This document shows positions 13,201 to 25,499 of a DNA stretch of 64,000 bases, in pieces. The notes beneath the pieces are model-generated. The model had not been told where the DNA came from. It worked only from the letters and a program-made list of their open reading frames with translations, and did not search any database. The translations under genes and the position numbers were made by a program. Numbering within the stretch: the first letter of the stretch is position 1; every line of letters starts with the position of its first letter. Origin of the DNA: Callorhinchus milii. Taxonomy: Eukaryota. The stretch is from contig NW_024704742.1 of the NCBI RefSeq assembly GCF_018977255.1, forward strand, positions 41,230,001-41,294,000, read 5' to 3'.

Positions 13201-15130
13201 CCTCAAAACCCTCCTCTTCGACCATGCTATCAGTCAACCCCCTTCCCCTCCGCACCCTTCTCCCCCCCTGACCCCAGCTCGGGTCTGAAATGCTGTACAC
13301 TGTCCAGCACCTTGGAACATCCTCCCGACGTGAAAGGCACTATACGAATGTAATCTTGTTGTTGTACTATGTGAGGGTTTGTTCTTGTTCATCAAGTACA
13401 AATTGTGAATGAAGATTTCCTTCCACTGACATGGACACACTTACATTTTGCCTTTGCACTGCCACCTGCCCATCCCCCTGCTACACACAGTATGGCATCC
13501 ACTTTCTTCTCCCCAAGGAGGCTGGCAACTTCTGTTGTTACCTATGAAGATGAGAGGGCCAGGCAGATTCTTAAAAATATTTAATGCATAACAGACAAAC
13601 ATCTCGTTGATAGAACCACCAGCAACTAAAGGTATTGAGATTATCCATAATAATAACTGAGAGCAGAATGTGTCAGAGGCCAGAAAGAGAGCCTAACGTC
13701 AGAGCATACCTCAGTTTTTTTAAAAAGTAATTCTATGTTATACTGTAGTAGCCAACCCTTTATAAGTATGTGCGGGCCATGATCATACGACAGTCATATG
13801 ACATTGTATCACTTCTTTTCTTTCTCAAAATATACACACAATGTATCACTCCCATTCTGTCCCAAAATATTATGCTATTGTCACAAATTATGTTTTACTT
13901 GTGACACTGTATCATTTACTTGCTCTCCTTTGCCCATCGATGACATGGTGTCATTTATCTCGTCCACTACAAAAACAACAGCAACAAAATTACATTTCTA
14001 TAACGCCTTTCACGTCGGGAGGACGTCCCGAGACGCTGGACAATTGAGATGGGTCTGGAAGGAAGCAAGGGAGGGGGCAAGGCAGAGGGACTGCGGGATG
14101 GAGTTCTAGAGGGTGGGGGCAGAGTGGCAGAAGGCCCGCCAGAGGGGCGAGCGAGGCGTGGGACGCAAAGCAGGCCGGATAGACTGTATCCTGCACTTGC
14201 TCCTGCGGTGCCTGTCAGTTACAGATACAGAGAATTATTCACCCACACCTCATGTGTCTGTCATTTACAATTAGAGTACAGCAGTACTGTATTCACCCAC
14301 TCTCCTGTGTCTGTCAGTGACAGTTTCATTTACCAGATGTCTCCCCGCAGACTAAAGAGTGTATCGCTTACCTGCTCCGCCTGCTCTGTGAAGGAGTCAC
14401 ACATTTTCACCACCACATTTGCATTGGCTTCTTCATTAGGGGTAAGATCAATGGAGGTAACCCACTGTAAGGAAAATCATAGCAAAATGGGAAGGGGGAT
14501 GGAGAGACAGAATGGATTGATAAGAATAATAATCTTTGCATTTCATATAGCGCCTTATCACATTGTTGATACGCCTGAAAGTACTTCACAGAATATATAC
14601 TGCAAACTGAATTGACTGTATATTTATTTTGGGGTGGGGAGTGGGGGGGGGCAAAACCCAAGATCCTACTTCGCTCGAGATAAAAACGCTCAAAAATGTC
14701 CCAAACACGAAATAAAATAAGAAATTTAAAACAAAAAATTTTGCACTGAACTTTGACCCGTGTCACAGACCAGCCTCGGATTTGAGTGCAAACGCGAAGC
14801 CAGATCTCTTTAATGAATTAATCCGATTAATCAGATCAATTAATGAATGAATTGATTGATTGCTTCATTTATTTATTTTGAATACAAAAAACGCAAAAAA
14901 TATCAAGTTGCCACATTTAGTCTCAAAATGTGAGAGTGATTTGCATTGCCAGGGCGGGGTGGAGGGGGGGGGGGGGGGGGTTGGAATAAAGTTGCCTCCC
15001 CACACCTTTTGCAGCTCAGTGGTTGCAGTTGTTCGCTACTTACCCAGCTCTTGGCTTTGAAGAATTGCACACACTTGGCTCCCAGGGCGCCTTTCCCTCC
15101 ATACACGATAACACTGTGAGCCGCTGCCAT
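1249..15130 (-). CDS. QDPR: Dihydropteridine reductase (quinoid DHPR, SDR family), 7 coding exons, 238 aa
   Basis: Exons (minus strand): 15044-15130, 14372-14464, 13445-13541, 11830-11970, 4339-4447, 2486-2569, 1249-1354. All introns are GT-AG and phases agree; total 717 nt. Translation includes [17 protein letters not shown] (Rossmann motif), [33 protein letters not shown] (YxxxK), [13 protein letters not shown] and [10 protein letters not shown]. Confidence 0.97.
6460..7804 (+). mobile_element. Young 5'-truncated L2-clade LINE (RT and 3' end) nested in the CR1
   Basis: ORF 6448-7590 with [38 protein letters not shown] and LHWLP. (TTG)n tail. TATC lies on both sides (6456-6459 and 7805-7808) as a possible short target duplication. 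Confidence 0.93.
10089..10280. repeat. Tandem repeat (~28-bp unit gttagtgttagtttactgttagttagta) at the 5' side of CR1 ORF1
   Basis: About six imperfect copies are directly visible. Confidence 0.85.
11990..12385 (-). mobile_element. Older, diverged tRNA/Deu-type SINE
   Basis: Head ...gtcagtctggctcagttggtagcacactcacctct on the minus strand, Deu-like core and L2-like tail. Related decayed copies at about 10900-11300, 21465-21660, 24230-24500, 28200-28500 and 44290-44580. Confidence 0.7.
12755..13362 (+). mobile_element. L2 3' fragment
   Basis: [18 protein letters not shown]...LQIIQNSA followed by the L2 tail ...cgacgtgaaaggcactat...ttgttgttg. Confidence 0.85.
13972..14200 (-). mobile_element. 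L2 3' fragment
   Basis: caacaa tail and gcctttcacgtcgggaggacgtcc, matching the other L2 tails. Confidence 0.8.
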
Positions 15131-15839
15131 CTGTCTGTCTCCTGTGAGCAATGATCAGCCGCTGATCTGCAGCAGTGAATGTCAGCCCCTCTGCCTCCCT
15201 TCCTCCCTCCCCTCCCTGCCTGTCTCTGTGTGGGTGTGTGAGAGCGTCAGTCAGCGTCAGCCCATTCTCAATCCCCTGATTGGCAAACCACCGCAAACCC
15301 CATGCTCCGAACCCAGGCGCTCTCGAGCCTGCCTTAGCACCACCCGCAGTCCGGAGGCCTCGCATCGCACTTGCACTGTAACTCGTCATGGTTAACAGCC
15401 AACCCAGCCCTTCAGACGCTCTGCTGCGCTCTGCTGTGCTGTGCTGTACTGTGCTCCATAAGTCAGAGCATTAAGTTGCCTGTTGCAAACTCACGCTCCT
15501 TCCTTTCCCCACTTGGTTTCCTCCAGAGTTTCCTGGGATATCATCAATCCCAACTCAAATGATAAAATGTTACACCAATTTTCATTTCTGTTGGTCGGCT
15601 TGGTGTCTGATACAAGGGTGTCAGCTCAGTGTCTGAAATCAATCATCATGCTTAAGAGTAATCCAAACCGGACTGAGAATTCCCACATATATATATATAT
15701 ATACTTGCCACTCACTAACCTTGTACAATAGTTTATCTATGAAGTTAGATCTTAAATACATTACGTGGATTTTTTTATTTTCAATTCTTCTAAAGCCAAA
15801 TTAGCAATGTTTTTATTATTTGTTTGTCAAAATGAGATT

Positions 15840-16700
15840 AACTAATCATGAGAGAAAATAATGATTGGGTCTGTCCCAGAGCAAATCTTGTCAAAGGCTC
15901 CTTTATTTACATGAATGCTAAGAGATCAGAGTTAGTATTCTAAGACAGTCAGCATGGGTTTGTGAAGGGTAGGTCATGTCTGACTATTCTTGTTGAATTT
16001 TTTGAGGCGGTCACTAAAATGGTAAATAAGACAGTGTACATGGATGACGTTTTTGTGTGAACTTACAGAAGGTATTTGATAAGGTTCCGCATGAAAGATT
16101 ATTAGTGAAAATAGAAGAGCATGGAGTTGGAGCTGTGGCTTGGTAATTGGTTTGGAGGCAGGAAACAGAGAGTAGGGATGTGCCATTCTGCCCCCACCCT
16201 CTGGAACTCTATCCCATAGTCCCTCCGCCTCGCCACTCCTTTGCCTCCTTTGAAACCCGTCTCAAGACCCTCCTCTTTGACCGTGCCTTCAATCACCCTG
16301 CTTCCCCACTGCCCTACACTCTCCCGGATCCCGACCCCCCAGCTCAGGTCCGAAACACTGACACTCCAGCGCTTTGGAACGTCCTCCCGATGTGAAAGGC
16401 GCTCTACAAATGTAATTTTGTTGTTGTTGTAAACGAGCAATGGGAGGCCTTCCAGGAGGAGATAGTTAGGGTACAGACCAAACACATTGAGAGAGATAGA
16501 CAGGGCATCCAAAGCGAGATCTCCCTGAATGACGAATGAATTTGGCATTAAAATGAAACAGAAAAAGGAGGCTGATAATGAATGTAAGGTACAAAATACA
16601 TGAGAGATTGAAGCAGAATACAGAAAGTGCAGAGGTGAACTGAAAAAAGAAGTAAGAGGGGCAAAGAGAGTGTATGAGAAAAGATTAGCATCAACCAACC
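15840..16700 (+). mobile_element. Decayed CR1 ORF2 fragments with an L2 3' end inserted at about 16190-16430
   Basis: gacagtcagcatgggtttgtgaagggtaggtcatgtctgact (SQHGFVKGRSCLT), then an L2 tail with (TTG)n, then further CR1-like sequence. Confidence 0.75.
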
Positions 16701-16734
16701 ATCGGCTCCTCTCCCTGCAGATAATGACCTGCAC

Positions 16735-17630
16735 TTGGGAGAGAGATTAGGAGAGAGTGTGGGGAAGAGCGAGAGATTGGTGGGGGGAGAGAGTGATGGG
16801 GTAGAGAGAGGGGAGAGAGAGGGGGAGAGAGAGATGGGGGAGTGAGAGATGGGGAGAGAGAGAGTGGTGAGAGAGAGATGGGGGAGTGAGAGATCATAGA
16901 GAGAGTGGGGGGAGAGCGAAATGGGGGGGGGGGGAGAGAGAGAGATGGGGGAGAGGGGGGAGAGAGAAGGAGGGGAGAGAGATGGANNNNNNNNNNNNNN
17001 NNNNNNNNNNNNNNNNNNNNNNNNNNNNNNNNNNNNNNNNNNNNNNNNNNNNNNNNNNNNNNNNNNNNNNNNNNNNNNNNNNNNNNNNNNNNNNNNNNNN
17101 NNNNNNNNNNNNNNNNNGGGGAGAAGAGAGGAGGGTGGGGAAAGAGAGGGGGGAGAGCGAGAGGCGGGAGAGAGAGGGTAAGAGAGAGTGAGGGAGAAAG
17201 AGTGACAGGGAGAGAGCGCGGGGAGAGAAAGAAAGATAGAGATACGGAGAGAGGAAGTGGGGGAGAGAGAGGGAGGGGCGAGAGAGAAGGAGGTGAGGAG
17301 TGAAGGAGGGGGAGAGAAGGGGAGACAGAAGGAGGGGGAGAGAGGGGGAGAGAGAGGAGGGAGAAGAGAGAGGGAGGATGGAGAGAGAGGGAGGGAAAAG
17401 AGAGAAGAAGGGGGGGAGACAGAGGGAGAGAGAGAGGGGGTAGAGAGGGGGAGGGGGAGGGAGAAAGAGGGGGAGAGCGAGGGGGGGAGAGCGAGAGTGG
17501 GAGAGCGAGGGGGGGAACGCGAGGTGGTGAGAGAAAGGTGGGAGATAGAGGAGACGGGAGTGAGATTGGGAGAGAGAGGAGGGAATAGAGCGAGGGGGAG
17601 AGAGGGGGGGAGGGCGGAGAGAGAGGGAGG
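16735..17630. repeat. Polypurine (GA/GGA) low-complexity tract containing an assembly gap (N at 16987-17117)
   Basis: Almost only G and A on the plus strand; a run of 131 N. Confidence 0.95.
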
Positions 17631-17910
17631 TGACAGCTCACGTTGGGCCGGTGTCTCGGGGATTGGGGCCGGCGATAGCTCGAGGCAGGTTCGGGGTCCT
17701 GGGGACCAGCGTTAGCCAGAGGCAGGGGCCGGCCGGTAGCTGTAGACTGGGCCGGGGTCTCGCGGACCCTGAGGTGGGGCGGGTGTCTCGGGGCCGGGGT
17801 CTCGGGGATCGAGTGGCGGCCAATATTACCTGGTTAGGTGGAGCTGCCATTTTGAACTTTCAGATTTCCCCGTCATTCTGTCTGACGCCACTTCCACCCG
17901 CCAGGTTTGA
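17630..17910 (-). promoter_or_regulatory. CpG-rich promoter-like segment with a candidate mini first exon (ATG GCA GCT CCA CCT AAC CAG | gtaata)
   Basis: On the minus strand: GC box ggcggg, ETS-like ggaagtg (17889-17895), CRE half-site, YY1-like aaaatggcag at ATG 17850, splice donor after 17830, then a CpG-rich intron-like stretch. Confidence 0.5.
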
Positions 17911-18240
17911 ATCCCTGGTAGCAGTTTTGGTATAACTTATACCAGTGTCTCCCTCCCTCTCATCGTCTGTCTATCTCCCTCGCCTGTGCTTCCCCTGTAG
18001 GCTGCTCGTTGCTCACCACAATGAGTGCCCTCACCCGTCTGCGCCACCTCGAGCCCCCACAGCCTCCTGCAGGCTGACAATATCCCACTAATCTGCTGCC
18101 TTTCATCCCAGAGCGCGCATCTTGGCTGCCGCCCCCAACCCGAGTTGGCCCTCCCTCAAAATGCCCCCCTCCCTGCATCTCTTCCACTCTGTCCTGCTCT
18201 CTTTCTGCCCTCCCCGCCTCCCATCTCTGCTTGACCCCCT

Positions 18241-18390
18241 CACAGGCGAGACACCTGGGTTCAATTCCCAGCAGGGCGAAACCTTGGGCAAGTTTCCTTA
18301 CTCCACACACCTAATAATAATCCCTCCAAAATAAAAAACAATAATAAATTGGTCATTTTCAATCTACGACTGTTTGTGCGACGCTGCTGG
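18241..18390 (+). mobile_element. Partial young SINE (B box and middle), preceded by an L2-like fragment at about 17950-18240
   Basis: gggttcaattcccagcagggcgaaaccttgggcaagtttccttactccacac matches the SINE family. Confidence 0.8.
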
Positions 18391-18756
18391 TAAAGTATTT
18401 AAGATTCAAATCAGGTTCTCTCTTCTCTGATCAAGTGGTGTCAATAGATCTTTAAGGTCCACCTGAACAGGCAGACGGGACCTTTAACAGCTCATCCCAA
18501 ACACAGCACCTCTGACAATACAATGGTCCCTATCCAGCATTTTCAGAAATACTTTACCTGAGTACATACATGTTATGATCTCCATGTTGAGTGTGACATA
18601 TTTTGAAGACACGTTTAAGCATTCATTGAATTAGAAGTTACTGAGTAAAGAAAGGTTGGGGGGGAAGGGGCAATAAGGGTGGTACTTATGAATGAAAACT
18701 GAAAAGAAATTTTTCACTTGTTTTCAAAATGCAATTTGTTGCTAAATTTCTCTCAC

Positions 18757-19712
18757 TGAAATATTGCACAGGAATAAAAAGGCAGCAACATTCTTGGGGA
18801 ACTGTCTCTTGTTCAGTTTCTCCAACTTCCTTAAGCTTGAGTGAGGAGGAGGAGGAGGAGGAGAAGGAGGAGAAGAAGCAGAGTCTTGAGAAAAACTCAG
18901 GTCACTATTGTATCCCTTGCTGTTCTCAACCCAATCGCGGGAAGGTTTAGACAGAGAAACGCACTGAGGAGCTGAGCATGACGACTGGTTATCCAAAGTC
19001 TCAAAGGCTTTGTTGAGGATCCCGCAATATGAACATTTCAGAGGGAGATTATTGGAACTCGATACTGTGAATATCCCTTGAATCATCCCCACTTCCCCAT
19101 CCATTTCACCATGTTTCCGATAAAGGGATTCAATTACAAACATAATCTGTAGGTATTTCTCAGTGATGACCAGGACAGAGAATGACAAGTTCAGCCTATT
19201 GTGAGGGGACTGTGTTTCCCCACAAATAGCAGCCATGATGGAACACCAGGATATAAACCAAGAGGCGCATGCTGTGCGCACCAGCAGATTGCCATCCAAC
19301 TTCCTGGTGGGGTTTTTGCAATAATCCAGGGATCTTTTGTCAACTCTATAAAAGACCAGGCCGGCTGCAGCTGCTGCAGACATTAAGCAAAGCACCGTGA
19401 TACCGTATAGAGAAAGCATAACTACAGCTGACACTCGTTGCTTTGTTGAATGTCCCACCTGTGAGCTGTACACAATGAGAATCCCAGCATTGCAGTTCCC
19501 AGAACTGGACCTATCATTAGACTGTAGGTCCTAAAGGTAACTTTCAGAGCTCTGTGCTCTTCCAGGGAGCGCCCAAAAGTTCTTCCACATAACGTAAAGC
19601 ATGGCAGATGCAAAGACGTGGAACTCAATGTTGAACGGGTACATATAATGGGAACTGTTGTAGAAAATAGCGCAGGCATTTGTATTGCAGCTGCAATTTG
19701 GTCCAATGTCAC
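18757..19712 (-). pseudogene. OTOP1-like (otopetrin proton channel) large internal exon, frameshifted
   Basis: Acceptor ttctttgtag at 19712 and donor gtgaga after 18757. Conceptual translation: NCSCNTNAC..HYMYPFNIEFHVFASAMLYVMWKN / FGRSLE..MIGPVLG / ..KNPTRKLDGNLLV..SWFISWCSIMAAIC..EKYLQIMFVIES..KNVAAFLFLCNIS, as I recall the penultimate exon of OTOP1. +1 frameshift near 19578, compensating deletion near 19483, in-frame TAG at 19531-19533. Confidence 0.85.
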
Positions 19713-20609
19713 CTACAAAGAAATGGAATGAAGCATTAACTTGAGATTGGGCCCTAGATTACTTGGTAACAAAAGTCTACTTACTGTTGGCATCCTTAAA
19801 ATATCATTGTAAATTCCTGTTTAGTTTTGGTAGGTACTTTGTAATAACCCTTCATGTCCCTATTCAAATGCATTTTCAAGTCATTTTGCAATTGCATTGC
19901 AATTTTTGTTTCCAAAATGAGTGCCTTTTCACATCAAAACATCCTTCAGATGTGAAAAACACTACATAAATGTAAATTATATTCAATCATAAAACATCTG
20001 AAAGCACTTCACAGGTAATTGCTGTCAAGCGTAGTTCGTCATTTACAGCAGCAAGATCCCAAAGGCTGGCATGGGAAAAATAGCTAATCTATGTGGGACA
20101 GCTAGTTAAACACAACAGCAAGCGGTTTTGGGCCCAACATTTTCACAAAGTCAGGGCAGGGAAGAGGGGGAGTTTACCTAATGAGCTAATCCACTGGGAT
20201 ATTTCCAGGAGCAGACTATCTGTCAATGTAATATTGATAACCCTTCTAATTACGACACTGAAAATCACATTCTCTCCATATTTCTATTTTTCTTTGATTC
20301 TTCATACAAAGACACCCCACTCATTAAAAGAACATCTACTTTATTCACTCTGTGGTTGTCTGGGACATTGCTTTGCGTAGAATTGTCACCTACAAAACAG
20401 TGACTTTACAGTATATTCTGCAAAGCGCTTTGGGATGTCCTCCTGACATTAAAGTTGTTAGACCATTTGTAAGGATTAATATTATCTATGTTAGTTAGGA
20501 TTAACACACTTTATTCCCAATTGAATCTCCAAATTTTTGGTCATTGGAAGACATCTATCATGAAATGGTTAAGGCTAATGTTGAGGCAATGGAAAAGATC
20601 CCCAAATGA

Positions 20610-20729
<120 letters not shown>

Positions 20730-21781
20730 TGAAAGGTATAACGCCTTTCACATAAAGCATGTTTTGAAATGTTGACGGATGTAATGGTGAGCACCAATAA
20801 TAATAAAAAATAATCCCTGCGTCTGATTTAACATCTACAATGTCAAATTGTAGAAAAAGTGTTTTACAGTAATTAAGTGCAGTGACTGCGTATTTGTAGG
20901 CAAACTCAGCAGCCAATATGTGCACAAACCATGTCTGACAAAGAGCCAGGTGGTGAATGACCAATTTATGATTAAAGCAAGTTTTAAAAATATTGTCCAA
21001 TGGCACAATCAAATAGTTATGTCAGATACATAATTTTTATGCCATGGTTCACTTGATGGAATTAATTGTTCTCATCTCCTATTATTATTCTCGCCACCTC
21101 TTTTTCCATTTTCAGGTCTCAGCAGAGGACCTTTCTTTTTGACTGCGTCTTTGTTCACCTTCTTCACCCGAGATTGGGCCCGAGACCACCATTTCATCTC
21201 CCTCAACTCCTATATTCCTCTCCCCACTGCCTCCAAACTTACCACCATCTCTTACCACCCCTGGAAGAAGATCTCCCTGCAATCCCGCTCCGCTGCCCTG
21301 GAGTCCTCTGAACTCCTCCCCCTCTAGCTCACCTCCCACACCAACCCATCCTCTGCATTTACTCTCCTCCACAGCACCCTCTCCACCACACTCGATGCCC
21401 TTGCCCTCCTCATCTCCCGAACTGCCTCCTTTTCCCGATCCTTTAATAAGAGGCCCCATAATTGTGTGTCAGGCTGGCTCAGTTGGCAGCACTCTCACCT
21501 CTGAGTCAGAAGCTTGAGGGACTTGATCTCACGAGCTGAGATCTCCCTTGCTGCAACTCGAACTCACATAGTCTAAGATAATACTCCAGTGCAGTGATGC
21601 AAGTGTTTTGCATTCTTGCATGAGACATTCAATTGAGGTCCAATCTGCCTGTTTGCCACAACTTGAAAAAGGCAAGGTATTATGAAGGTAATGGAAAATT
21701 GTGTGCCCATGGAAAGCAAAAGTACCATGCTTAAAGGCACTCCTGCCTGGTTGGACGGGGCTACAAAGCAACTCATCAAAA

Positions 21782-21975
21782 GGAAAAAAGCAGTTAAGGC
21801 CAATGAAGGAAAACGGCACAGAGTTACGTCAGATTCAATACCAGAAGACACGTGAGGACTATTTTTTTAAAAAAAAGGAATCAGAATGGCATCGAAAGCT
21901 TTGCATGTCTTCTGGTATTGAATCTGACGTAACTCTGTGCTGTTTTGCTTCATTGGCCTTCAATGCTTTTTTTCC
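21782..21975. repeat. Long inverted repeat (about 71-bp arms, 51-bp spacer); MITE- or foldback-like
   Basis: 21782-21852 is the reverse complement of 21904-21975, with about 5 mismatches and 1 indel. Confidence 0.9.
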
Positions 21976-24719
21976 GTTATAGTCTTAAACAACTCTTTGT
22001 CTAGGACTATGGTGTGAGAGGGTTGGAACGCTTTTTGGAATGTGCCTCTGTTGAGAGTGTGGGTAAGGAACATAGCACAGGTATATTTGACTCATATACA
22101 GTATTTGTGCAGCGCCATGAGGAACAAGAAGTAACAATGATTTGAGCTCCTTGTTTAAATATTCTAGAATGATATTGCTGATTCTTCAATATGATATAAA
22201 TTGTCACAGCAATATCACAATGGATGTGTTACAATGAAATTGTGCGTCAGGCTGGCTCAGATGGTACGACTGGCAGCTCTGGGTCTTAAGGTTGTGAGTT
22301 GAATCTGCATATTGGGCTGTGGAAGCCATGGAGTGTGACATTCAGTGTAGTGCTGCGGGTGCTGTCCTTTGCATGAGATGTTAAAAAGCTCTTTGATTTT
22401 ATCCTTAATAAGAGCTTCATAATGAAACCCACAATGGATGTCAAATATACTGGTCTTGTATATCCTGGGTCACTTTTGTTACCTTTCCTAAAAATAAGAG
22501 TACAATCTGCCTTTTTCTCGGGTGCGATCTCACGTGCAGTCTTGGGTGCAGTCTCGGGTGCCCTTGAGTTCTCTTTCAAGAATGGTTGGGTTATCTGTGT
22601 GCTCCTTAGGAAAAACTGAAACAAAGAATTTATTTAGCTCGGGCCCAATCTCGGGCGTTCCTGCAGGAAATGTCGGGAAAGGCAAGAGTGAACCCAGGAT
22701 ACAATGATTCATTCCGGTACCTTGGAAAGGGAGGTTGGATATGGGATGGAGTTGGGGAACAAGGATTGGTCAGGAGAATGTTTATTGAGGTGAGGGCTGA
22801 TGACAGCTGTTTTGAAGGGGTTGAGATTGTGCAAGTGGACAAAGAAAAGTTTATTATGTTTTTTAACAGGGAGGCAAGAAAATGGAACTGGGAGAGGTGA
22901 GAAAAGGGTCAGGGAACACTTAATTGGTTTCACGTGAAAGGTGAGGAAGGAGAGGGATGCAGGAGAGGCTATGTTGAAAACGTGGAGAGAGGAATGGGTG
23001 GAGACCCTCTATTCACCATCTATGTTTTGTCCAAAGTATATGCATTTAGTGGAGTCCGGTTGGTCAAGGGTCGAAGAATCCTGTAGCTTAGCAGTTAGAA
23101 CAGTTGCCTTGCAAGCAGAGGATCTGGATTCAATTCTCGGGCAGGACAAAACCTTAGGCAAATTTTCTAACGCACCTCTGTTCACCTAGCATTAAGTAGG
23201 AACCCGGTTGTTAGTCAATGGGTGGATCACCTTTCCGGGGTAATAAGCCCTTCAAAAAAAATATATTCATGTCAGCAGGACGTCCTTTCTTTAATATTAT
23301 TCTTCAACTAAATTAATCCTCAATACTGTTGTGATGTACAAATTTTGATTTTTCTATTGTTGCCACTTGTTTTTAATTTCATGTCATCTGTATAACTAAC
23401 AGTTTCTTGGCTTTGCCATTGGAGATTGATAAGTCTATGATATACTCATGCGGTGTTGCTCAGATAGTGCCCAGGGTTTGGACTGGGCCTTTTTTCTTGT
23501 AATTACCTTAGTTCAACTCTAACTTGTCAAAAATCCCCTGATTTCAGAGAAAGAACATTAATTTTCTGGGTGTCTGACACATGCAGAAATCCATCACCAT
23601 GCTAGATTGTCCAAACTGAACTGAGATTTCCATGCATACATACATGCAAGGAAATTTCCATGTATTGGAATGGAATGCACACTCTCTGCCTTGAGGATGC
23701 ATCTTGCTTACCTAATTCCAGAGAGTATTCAGGGAAGGCTGGCAAGAGCTAAAGCTGTGGAACCTAACCTTCCTTTTAATGCTTTCTCTCGTTACTGACT
23801 CACTAACTAGTGGAAATAATGTAAAGTAACATCCACTTCTTCAGCCAAGAAAACCTCTTTAGAATTTCAAATTGACCGCCTCTGCAGCATTCATCAGGTA
23901 AAATTCAGTCGTCTTATATCAATGAATATTGAAGTATTTTCCATTCTTTTTGAAACTCTCTCTGCTTCTTGGCAACTTTTTGCAACATGTTCTCTGTAGT
24001 CATAGGGCTTTAGATATTTACAAAGTAATATGTACTCAGAATGCCTCTCCAATTTTTTATGAAACTTGTAACATTCTTTGTGTCAACACCTTTGACTATG
24101 TAGATTGTTTCAAAAGGATTAAAAAGAAAGGATGTTGATGTAATTAAAGAATGACAATGTTTATCACCTGGTTTAGATACTCTTAAGCACAACAATGTTT
24201 TTTTCTGTGTAACAAAGAAAATCATGCTAATCCTTGCATTTGTTAATGTGGCTTTCACATTGTGAGCATGACTATGTATTTTGTAAGCAAATGTGGCAGC
24301 CAATTCCACAGCAACGTCCCAGAAATAAACTTGGAGTGAGTAACCAAATTTATTTGGGAATTGTTGGCCAGGACATCAGGAGAAATTCCTTTCTCTTTTC
24401 AAACTGTGCAATGGGATTTTTAACATCCACCTGAACAGGCAGACAGTCTGTTGGTTAAAAGTCTCATCTATAGGATGGCACCTCCAACAATGCAGTACAT
24501 TTACAGTATTTTTTTGGTCAGCTGGGTGACTGACATAATGGGAAACCCATTGCCATGCTTAAGAGTAGCCAAACCAGATTGAGAATTCCATGTATGCCTA
24601 TACCCTATCTCGTGAATGTTGACTTTTGGATCTTCTTAGTTGATTGTAGAGGATCTTGTATCAACACAATGTCCATTTAATTTACTTGAGATAGACTGTT
24701 AGATACCATTCTTCCAAAT

Positions 24720-25490
24720 GAGGAAAGGAATAACACCAGTATTACGTTCTAGCTGAGGTCTAACCAGTGTTCTATAAAAGTTCATCATAACCTTCTGACT
24801 TTTGTATTCTATGCCCCTATTTATAAAGCCGAGTATCCCGTATGTTTTTTTTAAACAGCTTTATCTAACTGTCCTGCCACCATCAAAGATTTGCTTATGT
24901 GCACCCCCAGGTCTCTCTGCTCCTGCAGCCCCTTTAGGAATGTACCATCTAGTTTATATTGCCTCTCCTCATTCTTCCTCCCGAAATGCATCACTTCACA
25001 TTTCTCTGTATTAAATTTCATCTGCCACGTGTCTGCCCATTTCACCAGTCTGTCTATGTTCTGTTGCAGTCTACTACTATGCTCCTCACCATTTACTACT
25101 TTTCCTAGCTTTGTTTCATCTGCATACTTGGAAATTGTACTCCCTATACCCAAGTCCGGGTCATTTATATAGATTAAAAAGAGCAGTGGTCCTAACACCA
25201 AACCCTGGGAGACACCACTGTATACTTCCCTCCAGTCAGAGAAACAACCATTCACAACTATGCTGCTTTCTGTCCCTCAGCCAGTTTTGTATCCATGTTG
25301 CCACTGTCCCTTTAATTTTGTAGATTTCAATGATTCTAATGAGTCTATTATGTGGCACTTTATCGAACGCCTTTTGAAAATCCATATACACTACATCAAC
25401 TGCACTACCTTCATCCACCCTCTCCGTTTACTTCATCAAAAAACTCCATCAGGTTTGTTAGACATGATTTGCCTTTAACAAATCAAGCCA
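24720..25490 (-). mobile_element. CR1 RT fragment
   Basis: VDVVYMDFQKAFDKVPH, SGVSQGLVLGPLLFLIYIND, KYADETKLG, WQMKFNTEKCEVMHFG. Confidence 0.88.
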
Positions 25491-25499
25491 TGACTCAAG

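Noticed and set aside
15240-15330. APGFGA...ENGL peptide faintly like the last otopetrin exon
   Set aside because: Spacing is wrong, there is no FYRMH motif or acceptor, and it lies in the QDPR proximal promoter.
16691-17715. Pro/Ser/Leu- and Gly/Glu/Arg-rich ORFs
   Set aside because: Artefacts of the polypurine tract and the N gap.
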